A stretch of DNA of 64,000 bases from Trichoplax adhaerens (lineage: Eukaryota; Animalia; Placozoa). The position numbers and the translations under genes are program-made. Each line of letters opens with the position of its first letter. Positions within the stretch are counted from its first letter, which is position 1. The notes under the pieces were generated by a model. It worked only from the letters and a program-made list of their open reading frames with translations. It ran no database searches and had not been told where the DNA came from. The stretch spans positions 8,696,011-8,760,010 of the forward strand of contig NW_002060945.1 in assembly GCF_000150275.1 (NCBI RefSeq). The letters are read 5' to 3'. Positions 1-12,524 of the stretch are shown piece by piece.

Positions 1-56
1 TGATTTATCAACAAAAACCTTCAATACAGCTAAATAACAATAGCAATCATCATTAC

Positions 57-3000
57 CGACTCGTAATTTAAAATTGTTAAATGAATGTTTATTGATATCT
101 TCCAGTCTATCCATCATTCGCATAGCAAAATTAGTTAAAGCGGCCGTACATTTCGCTCCATCTTGCTCTAATTTCTATATATTATTAAAATTTTCGAATA
201 AGAATTCTATTTAGAGTAACTGTTGGATAAAGTATGAATTAATTTCTTCAACATTTAAATGATCTTTACCGGATCAGGAACTAATCCAGCCGCGGCCATA
301 TACGAATGTCCTGTTGTTTTAATCTTTTCAATATACTTACAGTCATCTTCCATTAGGAGCTATTGTAGACAGGTTTGAATATGAGATTAGGGTGAGAAAT
401 CTAAGTTAGGTTGCTATTATATATATATATATATACCATATATGTTTACGTATTTATAACTACTTTATACATTTAATTTTATGAGCGTATAATAGAAAGT
501 TTTTCTTTACCTCATCAAAATCTGCGATAATTTCGTTTAGCAACCTAAGGCATTCAACCCCCTCACTAACACTGTCCAACTCGGAGTAGAAATCGGAAAA
601 GTTGGGTATTGAAGAGAACATAACGGCTACTTCATCACAGGATTGATAATATAAATCCTGTGTTTTTAGGCAAGCACATACTCAATATTACTAAACTATA
701 ATTTAGTTAGTTACAGATATACATTATAAAAAATTTTTAAAACATGAAATTTAAAAGACTTTTATTTACCTCATGTCTTCTATTAGTTTTCAAAAAATGC
801 TCCGCGACATGAGCTGGCAAAATATTACAAAGTAACAACTGATTACGTCTCTTTAATATTTCCATGTCATTTTTCTCTTCAGTAGCCTTGACGTACGTAA
901 TTGCAAATGTTTCATTTCATTAGCAACATACAGTACTTAATAGCCTTGTTTCATATTATCTGAATTTGATTATAATACTATAGTACCTGTAATTTCCATA
1001 GGAAATCTAGCCTTGCTGTAGCTTCAATCTGTTGGGAATAGAATTGATAAAATTGTAAATAGCTAACGAGTTGTTCATTGATCAGGTTATATACAGTATG
1101 TGAATCTGCTACTGATTCCAAATAATGCTATCGCATTTATTTGATATGAAGAATAATATTAAATATCAAATTTTAATCTTTTATCTTATATCCTCACTTG
1201 TCTAGCATGAATCGAAAGCGCTACTACATAAATGCAAATAACTACGCCGGCAATCGTAGAAAGCGAAGGTTGAGAGTATGAGTTTGCTGATGCGGAATTA
1301 AATTTCCTGAAATAAAAAATAAAACATAAGTTAAAATACTATTACAACACCGAGGCATTGAAATTATAGTAACACAGTATAGTCCAACAAACTTACTCAG
1401 TCACATTATCATATCTTGCAAATATAATCGTATAATCCGATGCTAGTATTATAACTAAGTAAGTGGCAGTCATAATGATCATCAATACTATCTTGATCAG
1501 ATGACTTAATTGGAGGAAAATTCCACAACATAATAGTGCCATAATAACGCTGAAGTCAAAGTACTAAAATTTGATAAATAATGCCAAATCATTAACATTA
1601 ATAATCAAATTGAATACCGATTGCATCCTAAATTTGTATAAACAGTTGATATAAATTACTTGAGGAAAACTACAATTAGGCGTATCAGGTAATAACTGCG
1701 AATAATTTTCTACTGGATAGCCACGAATAGTGTTTTGACCGTTAACAGCAGCTGTACTACACCCAAACTGTAAAAATATCGAAGATCCTTAGTAAAAGAC
1801 AATGGCAATAAAATATGTCATAGTAAAATGGTTCAATTAATTAAGAAATCATAAGAAATTTTTGTTACGGTACAGCAATTAAACACAACTGCAATACAAA
1901 TATTATCATTCAGAATGTAAATACTATAAAAATTATATCTTGCTTACCAGTACTCCAATGGAAGTGAAATAAACGATAAAGATTGTGGAAATAGATAATA
2001 TAAGACAACTATAGCGATTTGTAGCTAGCCATCTCGAAGCATGACGTAAAGATTTTGGTAGAGCCTTATGAAATCAATCAACAAATAAGATTAAGCATAT
2101 CTCAAAAAACTTTTTTAAATTTAATCCATTACGAAAAAAGTAATATTGTTACCTTAAATTTATATGCCAAAGTCATAAATTCAATCAAACTTAATATAAC
2201 AAAAGCGGTTAAAAATAATGGCAGCATAACAGGATCCCTGAAGTTATGATGATAGATTAGATTTTAGGTCACACAAAATGCATAACGTTATATAGAAATT
2301 ATTTTAAAATTATTGCGAATTAAACAGATATTCATATCGATATTTATTAAGATATCAATAATCTATCAAGCTATCTATCTGTTCATCTTACTTTGGCAAA
2401 ATGGTAATTTGAGCAAAGCATATAAAAATAAAGATGACATAGGCAGCTGACATATAGCGGTTGAACATACGATCACGCGTTTTACCATACTATAAAATTA
2501 TAAGCAATACAAGTATTAAGACAGATGTATTTATTAATAGACGCTTGTTAATATAACTCAAACACAGTTTATCAGTACCATATTAATAGCAAAGTTGAAC
2601 AAATCAAGATGAGCAAACGTTCAGCAGATAATTTTTTATTTACAGCAATTATAAATGAATGATTATAGCTTTAACTGACTTACGTCGCGCTCTGTATCTG
2701 CGTTCTTAAATTTAAGTAAAAACTTGTGTGATTTCTCTGATAACTGAATGCTGCTACAGTTTGTAAAGAATACAAAAAAGGGTCAATTCCTATAAAAATT
2801 ATTCAAATAATCTTTTGCAGCCACAATAGAAATTTAAATACTAAATAAGTAACATTCGTCAAAATTGATTTTCTACGCATATTTAATAATGTAAATCGAT
2901 CCTGCTATGGATACTAACCCATCAGCACTACGAGCATTAATAGATCGCTTAAGTAGATCATTAACTTCATCTTCGAAACTCTTAACACCTCCTCCACCAA

Positions 3001-6000
3001 TTCTGCATTAAAAAAATTTATCCAAATTATTACAACATAAAAAATTCGATTCTTATATTAGCACATTAACCTCAATCAAATCGGCACGCATAAGAATTAC
3101 TTAAGTACTGATAATATAAACATATAAGAAATTTATCACTGTTTAGTTATACCATAACTTCTCTTATCAGTATTGTTAAGTATACGTATTGTACAAATAA
3201 ATTATTCAGTAAAAACTATTTTATTATATAATGCTAACTGTAAAAGAAATTAACTTACATCTGCTTCATTTTGCCAGAAATGCCACCCTCCTGCACGTAG
3301 TGATAACAAAAAATTAGTATACGGTAGCAACGGTAAATAATATTCTACGTATATATACAACACACAGTCATCCAGTCTTTCATCTCACTAATTTACATAA
3401 TTTATTGAAATGTCGCTGATATATTTGAATACTAACGGCTTGGCCACCAAATGGTTTCTCTGAACCCCATTCTTCTAATCGTGTTTGTGAATTAGACCGA
3501 CCTCTACCCTCTCGTTCGCCATCCCGTAGCGAAACACTCTAAGTTGGTCATGAAAAGTATTATTAGAGGATTACGTATAAAGATAATGCTTCAATGAGAG
3601 CTAGCTTTTATAATCAATAAAAAAGACAAAAATTATTCACTAAATTCATGAAATGCTTCTATTATCACTAATAGTATTCTACTTCATATTTTACCGCTTT
3701 ATTTCGTGGAGTTTGGACGATTAAATAAGTTTTATAATTCTTGTCCTTCAAGTATTTATTTCTACTAGCACCATTCCCATCTTCTAATTCATATTCACCA
3801 TTTAAACACTCCTTAGTTCCTTCTGTAATATGGATTCTCCTATTGAAATGAAATTAATTTATTAAATTCTATTGTCCCGAACTACAAAACAGCCTAAAAC
3901 TATCGACAAATAATTGCTTTATCCTAGTAGGAAACCAATATAACACTGCCATTTTATAGCAATCTATTGTATCAATCATTATAGATGGATTAATAATAGA
4001 ATTAATAGTACCGTTCAGCTTTAATTAAAATTATCGAGATTGAAACAATATTATGATGACTATCTTAATATTTTGTCGTCTATACCCAGGCAAGCCACCA
4101 GCTTCCATATTGTTGGCTAAAGTGACATCGTCAGACCATACATCAAATTGCCACTTTTTTAAGCCTAAAACTCCACAGAATACTTTTCCACTATGTATTC
4201 CAACTCTCATATTTAAATTAGCGACGCCAGTAGCTTCCCTTACAACACTAGAAAAAAGAGAATATAAAGTAGGGGAACAACCATTAAGGTTACTAATTCA
4301 AGTATTTTTCCAGTAGAGACTTTACAGATTTATCGAAAATTCTAGTAAACTTACGCAATAGAATCAATCATGCAAAGGCCCATTTCAACGCAGCAATGTC
4401 CATGATCTGGCCTCGGATCGGGCAATCCAGACACGCAATAGTAGCAATCACCAAGAATTTTAATTCTCAAACAGTGATTTTTCTATGATAAGAATATTGC
4501 TCATGTTAGTATAATATAACTTCCAAAATTGTTACATTTGGGTGAAACCGTAAAATTTGATCAGTAATTCCATCTAGCTATCGAATCACGATTTATTAAA
4601 GTTACGGATCGTAACATTAGGGTTTTTAACTAATAGTAAAGATATTGTTTATAATATTAATTTAACTCAGTGGCATTCAAAGTATAATTTTTTAGTCTAT
4701 TTTATTTGTCTCTACTACTATAGTTATTTAATAAAACAGATGATAACAATAGCGTTAATAATCGTCTTTCAATGCACGGAGTAGCTATCTCATACATAGA
4801 ATCAAAAAGGTAATAAACCACGATATTCTATACCATTTACAGGATTGGCTAGTCAATATAAATATTCGTATGTTATACCTTATTATAAATACATTCCGCA
4901 ATAATTAGATTACTAAAAAGTATCCAATTCAAAATATGTTACAGTATTGTACCTTCAATAAAGTACTATCTCTAGTTTAATAATTTAGAATTGAATTATT
5001 CTTACGTTAGAATATTAAGGTAAAATTTTTGTTGTTGCTTGTCAGTTAAATAACTATTAAATATTAAAATTACTTCCGACAGACTTAAATTGCTAATAAA
5101 ATGGTACGCTAATTCATTAACATCCTTTTGAAAAAGTCTTATTGTAACTATTCTACCTAGCTAAGTAAATCAGTGAAGTTACTTTACTCGTGATGTGTAA
5201 TAAACTGAAAGTACAGAATCTAAAGAACATCCAATCAAATTACTCATAGTAATCGCTACGTACAGTATCTAATACGCAAGTATAAGTTTAAAAAAAGTCT
5301 ACTATTAATATTATTAGGAAATATTTTTATATCAATTACTTTTTTAGCCAATAAGTTCCTTCAAAATTTCTCTAATAAGTAAAATAATAATTACTACACC
5401 GTGACTAACAATTTTTATGATAGTACAGTCGTCATATAATTTAGATGTTCTGGCATTACAACGGCTATTTATGATAAAATGCATGATTAATTAATAACCT
5501 CTTGGGTGCAATTATTGTCATGTGCAAAACATCATTGATACGCATGAATAAAGCTATCAGTTACTCATGGCAATAGATTAGCTTGAAATCATTTTTTATT
5601 ATTGGCGATACTAGTTAGAGAAGTTATCAGCTATTTTATCCCTGACGTTAACATGTCACTAAGTTACCGCCTTAGAAATTGATTAATTAACATGATTTTA
5701 CCTGTGCTAGCTGATCAAATCTAGCGAAAAGTTCATTCAGCGTTTTCACAAGTTCTTGAGCGTCACACTGAGATGATAACTTCGTAAAACCTTCAATATC
5801 AGCAAATAATAGACTAGACAGTACAAATACATAAATAATTAGTTACAAATGTAACACCCAAATACTTTCTTATCTGTTTTTATGATCATAAATTTCTTAT
5901 ATAAATGGATATTCTACCTCATCCATGTAGGTAGATAGTAAACTTGATAATAGGTAAATAAAGATCATTAACTAATTACGAATATTTTGGTCGAGCCTTT

Positions 6001-9000
6001 TTGCCTATCTCTCGACAGCCAAAAAATTAACTAAGCCAAGCTGATATCAAATGCATGCAATTAATTACAGATTTATAGATCACTGGTTTTAACTTGATTA
6101 AAATAATTTAAGTAGCTCCATTGAAGTTTATTCTTAATTATATGTAATTCTGCAATACTTTCGCTTAACATCTTTCTAAATTTTAGTTACAAAACTACCT
6201 TATTACATATACTAGATGAATTCATTGGTGAGATTTTAAGAATCTAAAATTAGACAACGAATATATTTACTAATAAATAGCTAAAGAATTCTAATATAAT
6301 GTATTTTACGCACAAAAAAATTACTACAAATATTTAAATGTCACTTAACAGTTTCATGGTGGTAAAAATTTTTGAAAAGTTTAAATAAAGTAGACAGTAC
6401 TACTACCATACTCCATAGCTAATCAATGGTAAACTCATTTAAATGTACATTAAAAATAGTTTACAGCTTATACAGAATCGTAATATTCTTTTAACTTGAT
6501 TTCTAACATATCGTATTGTTAATTATAATATAAGGAATTGAAATAATAGCGTGCAATAAAATCGCTAGTCAGTGTCAATATAGCGTTTCTATTCAAGAAT
6601 ACATTGTTGGTCGGGTATGAGCGCTTTAAGCCCTCCCACCGAATCCTACCGACTAACAGTCACATAGGAAAATAATTGCCCATTTTATAATAATTTACCC
6701 TATGAATAAGAAGTATGTTGCAGAAGTAGCGCACTGCTTAAACGTGTATTAAATTATACCCTGTTGTTAATGGTATTGTGAAAGCCTTGTCAATTAATAC
6801 CCTCGACTATTTTTCGACATTTCTTACAGATAAAATTTTGGTCTTGTAAGATCATTATGTATCTACTGTTGTAGTAAAATTTTTAATTTCTATTATTGCA
6901 TTTTTAGTAACTAAGTAAAATAGACTAGAACTAAGAGACGTTATATTGGGAAGACTTTACTAAAGAAGCGATTACTTTTTTTGATAATATCATACTCAGT
7001 AACCTCGTTATCTCCCTAACATTATCACTAATAGCTGTAAAAGATCAATTTCACATTTTAAATGAAGTAAATTCTTTCAACTAAACACAGTTTGATCTTT
7101 TGTATTTCATAGGAGCTTTTAAATTATTCGTCTAGGAAGATTTACTATATAATGGATGTAGTTAAGTACTAGTTAGATCCTACAATATTTCTCATGTTAC
7201 AAAATATTTATAACAATTTCCGAGAAAATTTTTAAAAATAATGAAGTAGGAGCGATTTTTAATCATAGCGTAGTATTGACTGTAACTTCTTTGTGTACAG
7301 TATCTATTAAAAATGTTAGAAAAGATTTCAAATATCTTTCCAAAATCAGCGTTCGTTATAATTCAAGAATAAAGAGTATATTGAAGTGCTCACTACTCAG
7401 TGATCTACTAGCCTGCTGTGTATATACAAGTTTATAGACAGTATCCAAGTATTATGGAATGCTACAAAGCTAAAATACATCATAGCCTCATTTTATATTT
7501 CTATCCTTATTATGAATAATTGAAATCAGTGGAATCACATTAGTCAACTTTAAGATACGTTCATAACTACAGTAAGAATCAAGTACAATATTATTAATGC
7601 TTCTATATATTGGATATTACAATACCGATGTTATTAAACTTCATATGCAGCCTTAACTTAACCGCTAGCATTATTAAAGGAATAAAAAAGTTCACTATTG
7701 TTGTTCTCCTAATTGTACTATATATAGACTATATTCTATTTTATCATTTTAAACAGATGATCTTAGGCAAGCGACGCTCTATCAGATCGGTTTTCTAATA
7801 TAGAAACGCTATTTTAGTTCGTTTTAAAATATTAAAATAGGTAAAATAACCTGGTAAAAATATTCTGTACCGTAACTAACGGCAAGAAATGATTGGAAAG
7901 AAACTTTAATGATAAAGTTCATTTTCGTCAAGTCACTATACTACGTTAAGTTATCAGAATCTCTTATACAGTAGGTATAACAAAGTTAAGATGTCTACTT
8001 CCTCATTTAGATAAAATAGTTGATACTAACTGCAACTACAGCTATATAACCTTCTATTATCTATTTTTAATATTTTCCTGTTGTATTGCATTAAATGGAA
8101 AATTGGTTTAGTCATTTTGGCTACGTCGTCGTAATTAGCATTAGAATAAAATAAAAAAAATAATGACAACCAAAATAGATTTACTAATCCTTTCAGACTC
8201 ACTGTTTAAAATATACGAAAAACATTAACTAAAGGGTTCTAGAATCATGTCGAAACCATTTTTTTCTCACAGCAAACATTGTGATACAGAACAGACAAAA
8301 GATTGTAAGCTAATTAATTAATGCAAGTATTATGAGAAAATAAAAAATAAAAATAACGGAGCCTAATTGTCATCAATAGCAATAGATGGGAATAGATCAT
8401 AGAATTTCATTGTCTGTTTAGACAATCAGCAAAAGTTTCGAAAATAATTCATCTATTTCAATTTATACGAACTATAATGATACCGTGAGTTTCGATTGCC
8501 AAAACTAGGATAAATAATTAATTAGAAATATCTTGTCTAGTCTTGATACAACTATAGTAAAAGTTATTTAGGTCTTCTTGATACCTTTTATTGTTCACTA
8601 TGTCACTTCATTATTTACTTGAATGTTATAATAATTATTTATAGTGGACTGTAGCAAAACAGCCATCAATTTGGGATATAGGGCAAATGAGAGATTGAGA
8701 ATGATGCAAAAATAATTTAAATTAATCTCTAAATTTACCTAACATTTTCATGCTTTTGAATATAAATTTTATGAAATAATTGACTTTCACGCCTTATAGC
8801 TGAGAAATCACTATTCATTTCTACTGCTACGTAACGCGGCAAAACGGACATTAATAGACTTTCCTATAAAAGTGAACAAAATATTTAAAAATAATTATTA
8901 AAGAAAGTACAGGCTTAGGAAGGAAAGAGTAATTACGTTTAATTTGTATGAAATGAATTTGTTCCAAGTAAACAATCCGTTAAAGTATTAACTTAAAATA

Positions 9001-11870
9001 ATCAACACGAAGAATATAAAAACTGAAGGTAGAGAAAAGATTCTTCTAGTCTGGAATTAATACACGATAACAATTTTCTATTCCTTCAATAGGTATGACA
9101 ATTATAATAAACATCTAAACTTCTCAATTATAAATAATGTAATGTACTAGGAGTGTTAGTCAATGTCATATTAGTATGGATTGAATAATCACTAGATAAA
9201 GAGGAAAAGGAAATCAAAGAAAAAAGATAGAACTTTAAGCTAGTGATTCTATATCATTATGTAATAAATAATTTCTAAACCATCATAAGTTCATTAAAAT
9301 AATATCGATAACGATTTAATATAAAAACTAAGACTTAAAATTTTATATATACGACATCGATCAACTATACACTGTATCTATACCGAGAATTGAGGCAATC
9401 TTCAATTAATAACATCCAGAAACTTACTTGTTTTTCATTTTCATGTAGAGATTTAACACGAGCTTCAATACATCGCCTCGTCTCAATAAATGCTTTACGT
9501 TGTTCAAGCTCAACCGGATAATGTGTAAATATTCCGGCTAAGTTGGCACACATATACAATAAAATATTTGCTACGATCTACAATTTCATAATAAAAATAG
9601 ATGATGAAAATTTGTTATTTTTATTAAAGTGAAAGTAAAATTATTCTAATATACTGCCACTAGCTGTAATTTAGTATAAATTTTCAATATGAGATTAGAG
9701 GGTTACAATTTTGTACTTATCACTGAAAAATCATAATTCTTCGATCAAGTTGTATTAAAATATATATATGATAAGACAAGATCTTGTTGTAAAGAGTGAG
9801 CTTTTTAATTAAAGGATCATAATGGTACGACTAGCACAAGACTATTTCAATATGATCTAATTTAAACAATCGACAGTAGATTCAATTTGAAGATGATTTT
9901 GAACGACAAGTGACTAATATTATCGATAATAAATTATCCTACCATAGGCAATCATTAACTATTAAGCATAAGGAAATGAGTACGATTGAAATGATAAAAG
10001 ATAATGTCAATCAGAATGTCTCAGTTTTATAAAATATAAAACTAAAGGTTATATAGTATCACTATCGAAATTAAATAACAGATGATAACCTTTATTTCAA
10101 GTATACACATCCCTACCTGTGTATCTATATGTATATTACACGTTTAACATTAGCGCTAATAACAAAATATAATCTATGTAACATGAAAATGATTAGCTTT
10201 GTCGTCTCAATTTAATGAAATATCAACAAAAGGAAAAATGAAATTTAAAGTTTGATTTTATAACTCTATTGGTTAGTACAGGAGACCAGATTAGTATAAC
10301 ACATTCGAGCATCAATGACGATAATATTTGATCTATCCTTCTCAATCAAAATAATTTTGATATTCTAAAACAATCTAATTCGGACCTTATGATTCGAACT
10401 CGAGCTATAAAATTAATCACTTAAGTAACTATGATGCTTTTATGCATTTGCTTTATGTCCACATGACAATTTACATCGATTTATTACTTGTATAGACGGC
10501 ATTAATTAAAAAAATATACGGATTTACAACACATCAACTAACTGAAATTATCTAATTGCTAAAATTATACAAATTAAAGAAGTAGATTATTTGCTCACCT
10601 GGCGCCAAATATAATTATTGGAATAGGCACTACTACGAAACGAGTAAGTTAGACCAGTGGTCATAATTTGAATAGAAAGGATAGCAAGGGAACATAACGC
10701 AGCGTAGCCCATCGATATAGGTAGCATCGTATAAATGAAGTAAATAAGAATTAATGAGACCCAAACGCCATCTGTTGGCAATCCTACTTTGCGTACGACC
10801 GTATCCATTAATTCAATAATACACATTGTGGCAAATATTGCCCATGATATCCAATTAAGGTGCTTAGGCTGAAACCATTCAAAACCATGTGCGATAAATC
10901 CCAACAGGAATACATAAAATAGGCATATAATACCCAAAACTATAGCCACGTAATAATCTTCACTAATAATTTCACCACTGGAAAAATGAAATGCGACAAT
11001 AACAACACACACGACAATCAATAAGACCATTAGATAGGTAACACTAGTTTGATTTAGACGGAAAAAGTAACGCTGATATAACTCTTCAAATTCACGAGAA
11101 TGAAACTGCCTGGATTTACAAAAAATGGATTTAACATTATCCACGGTTGACATATTTGCACTAGTAATTGTTTGTTCTTCAGCTTCTACACGAGGAATCA
11201 CTTTCGATTTATTTCCTTGGGGCTGAAATTTTGGTATTAATTTGTCTTTAGGTTCATTCTCTTTGCCATTACCTGGCTCAAGACCTACTTCCACCGATTG
11301 TACATGAACATTTTTATAATTGCGTAAGTTATTAGAATGACCATTACCCTGAAGAGTGCCATCATCGTCAACGCTATCACCCCTAGAAATCCAATTGCGG
11401 GGTAATAACTTTTCACCATTATCAGTACTATTTTTACTGAGCAAGATACAATCATCACTTCTACTATCATTTATATCATTATTATTTATATTATTTTTAC
11501 TAGATTTTCGATCATTTTGTAGGATATTGTTATAATTTGTATCTACACCTTGAACTTTGATTGTTTGCTGGCTATTATCGATTCGATTAGTACTACTTGT
11601 GCTGGATGTACGGATAGATACTTTTTCACTACTTCCACTTTGGTGGCTTGTAAAACCTCGTCCATTATTATTGTAACTACCACTTCTACCATCTCGATGC
11701 TTATGATTATTATTGCTATTATTGTTATTTTCGCCAGTATTACCAGCACTCGATGGTCGGCTATCATTTGCATGTGGGCCAACTTTACTGGTGTTATGAG
11801 CTTTGGTGCTCAGACTTGATACACTTACACGCGATTGTTGACTAGTTCTACCACTTTGGCTATTCAACAT
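57..11870 (-). CDS. ADCY5: Transmembrane adenylyl cyclase, ADCY5/6-like (multi-exon; 3' end lies beyond the window start)
   Basis: Phase-consistent GT-AG exons: 11870-10599, 9577-9428, 8863-8739, 5813-5702, 4482-4355, 4247-4086, 3839-3695, 3538-3437, 3290-3259, 3002-2919, 2753-2684, 2489-2392, 2237-2153, 2064-1948, 1767-1660, 1563-1397, 1306-1198, 1028-987, 886-770, 657-511, 359-270, 174-57. Motifs: N-terminal [13 protein letters not shown] (AC5/6 type); C1a [55 protein letters not shown]; C1b WGSEKPF; ARLDFLWK; NILPAHVA; C2a [28 protein letters not shown]. The ADCY5 versus ADCY6 split cannot be resolved; the symbol marks the subfamily. Confidence 0.95.
418..435. repeat. (AT)n microsatellite in a cyclase intron
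   Basis: Direct reading: about 9 AT units. Confidence 0.8.
6555..6667 (+). ncRNA. Candidate H/ACA-box snoRNA-like structure (antisense, in cyclase intron)
   Basis: Hairpin 6555-6593, AGAATA (ANANNA) at 6596-6601, hairpin TGTTGGTCGG...CCGACTAACA at 6605-6658, ACA at 6662-6664. Confidence 0.3.
10599..11870 (-). CDS. Adenylyl cyclase first coding exon (long Ser/Asn-rich N-terminus plus first membrane cluster)
   Basis: 427-aa ORF track entry; donor CAG|GTGAG at 10599/10598; hydrophobic helices follow [11 protein letters not shown]. Confidence 0.9.
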
Positions 11871-12510
11871 GATCGATCTATTTTATCTTATCCTTAGTAT
11901 CTTTAAACGTTTTGCCAAGACAATTTGATCTATAATAATGAATTGCAATGTATTATTACAAATATTTCAGGTCAATTTTAATGATTGATTAAAATACTTA
12001 TTCTACTGGAGACTGAAGTTGATATTGCCGTTCTTGATGGAGAAGAAAGTGTCAAGAAATTTTTTAAACTCTCTAATTTCAATTTTTCATTCAATAGCAT
12101 ATGCCTACGAGAATAATGCTATAAAATAAACTATCAGCTAATAGCGTTGAAACGGAAAAATTAAGGAAGCTGATCATGATGATAAAATGCAAAAATAGAC
12201 ACTGCTACGTTTCAAAATTGAACAGATTGAAATCAAAAAATGAAAAAAGTCATTAATTACTTGATCGATAAGATGATTAAGATCATACATACGTTGGCTA
12301 GTAACTATTTTATAAGTCGTTAAAATTGATCGATCATTTCTTTACAGATTGCTAAGTTATCTGATCCATAGTCGATCGTGGAATGTAATAAGTTGAGAAG
12401 GTTAAAAGAAGAACAAAAACGCATCACATATGGATTAACTACAATTTAACCAGAACCAATATAGCTTTCATAGAAGAATAAGATCTTCTCTGATAGAACG
12501 AGAGCTCATG

Positions 12511-12524
12511 GTTGCCATAGCTAC
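12511..12524. promoter_or_regulatory. RFX X-box-like element upstream of the cyclase
   Basis: GTTGCCATAGCTAC, one mismatch to GTYNCY-AT-RGNAAC, with CCAAT at about 12532. Confidence 0.3.

Noticed and set aside
4053-4316. Plus-strand ORF, and similar track ORFs such as 11550-11819, 39150-39407, 50314-50601, 56726-56965
   Set aside because: Antisense shadows of real exons.
10381-10440. tRNA-like T-loop/B-box GAGTTCGAATC on the minus strand
   Set aside because: No A-box, acceptor stem or cloverleaf could be built.
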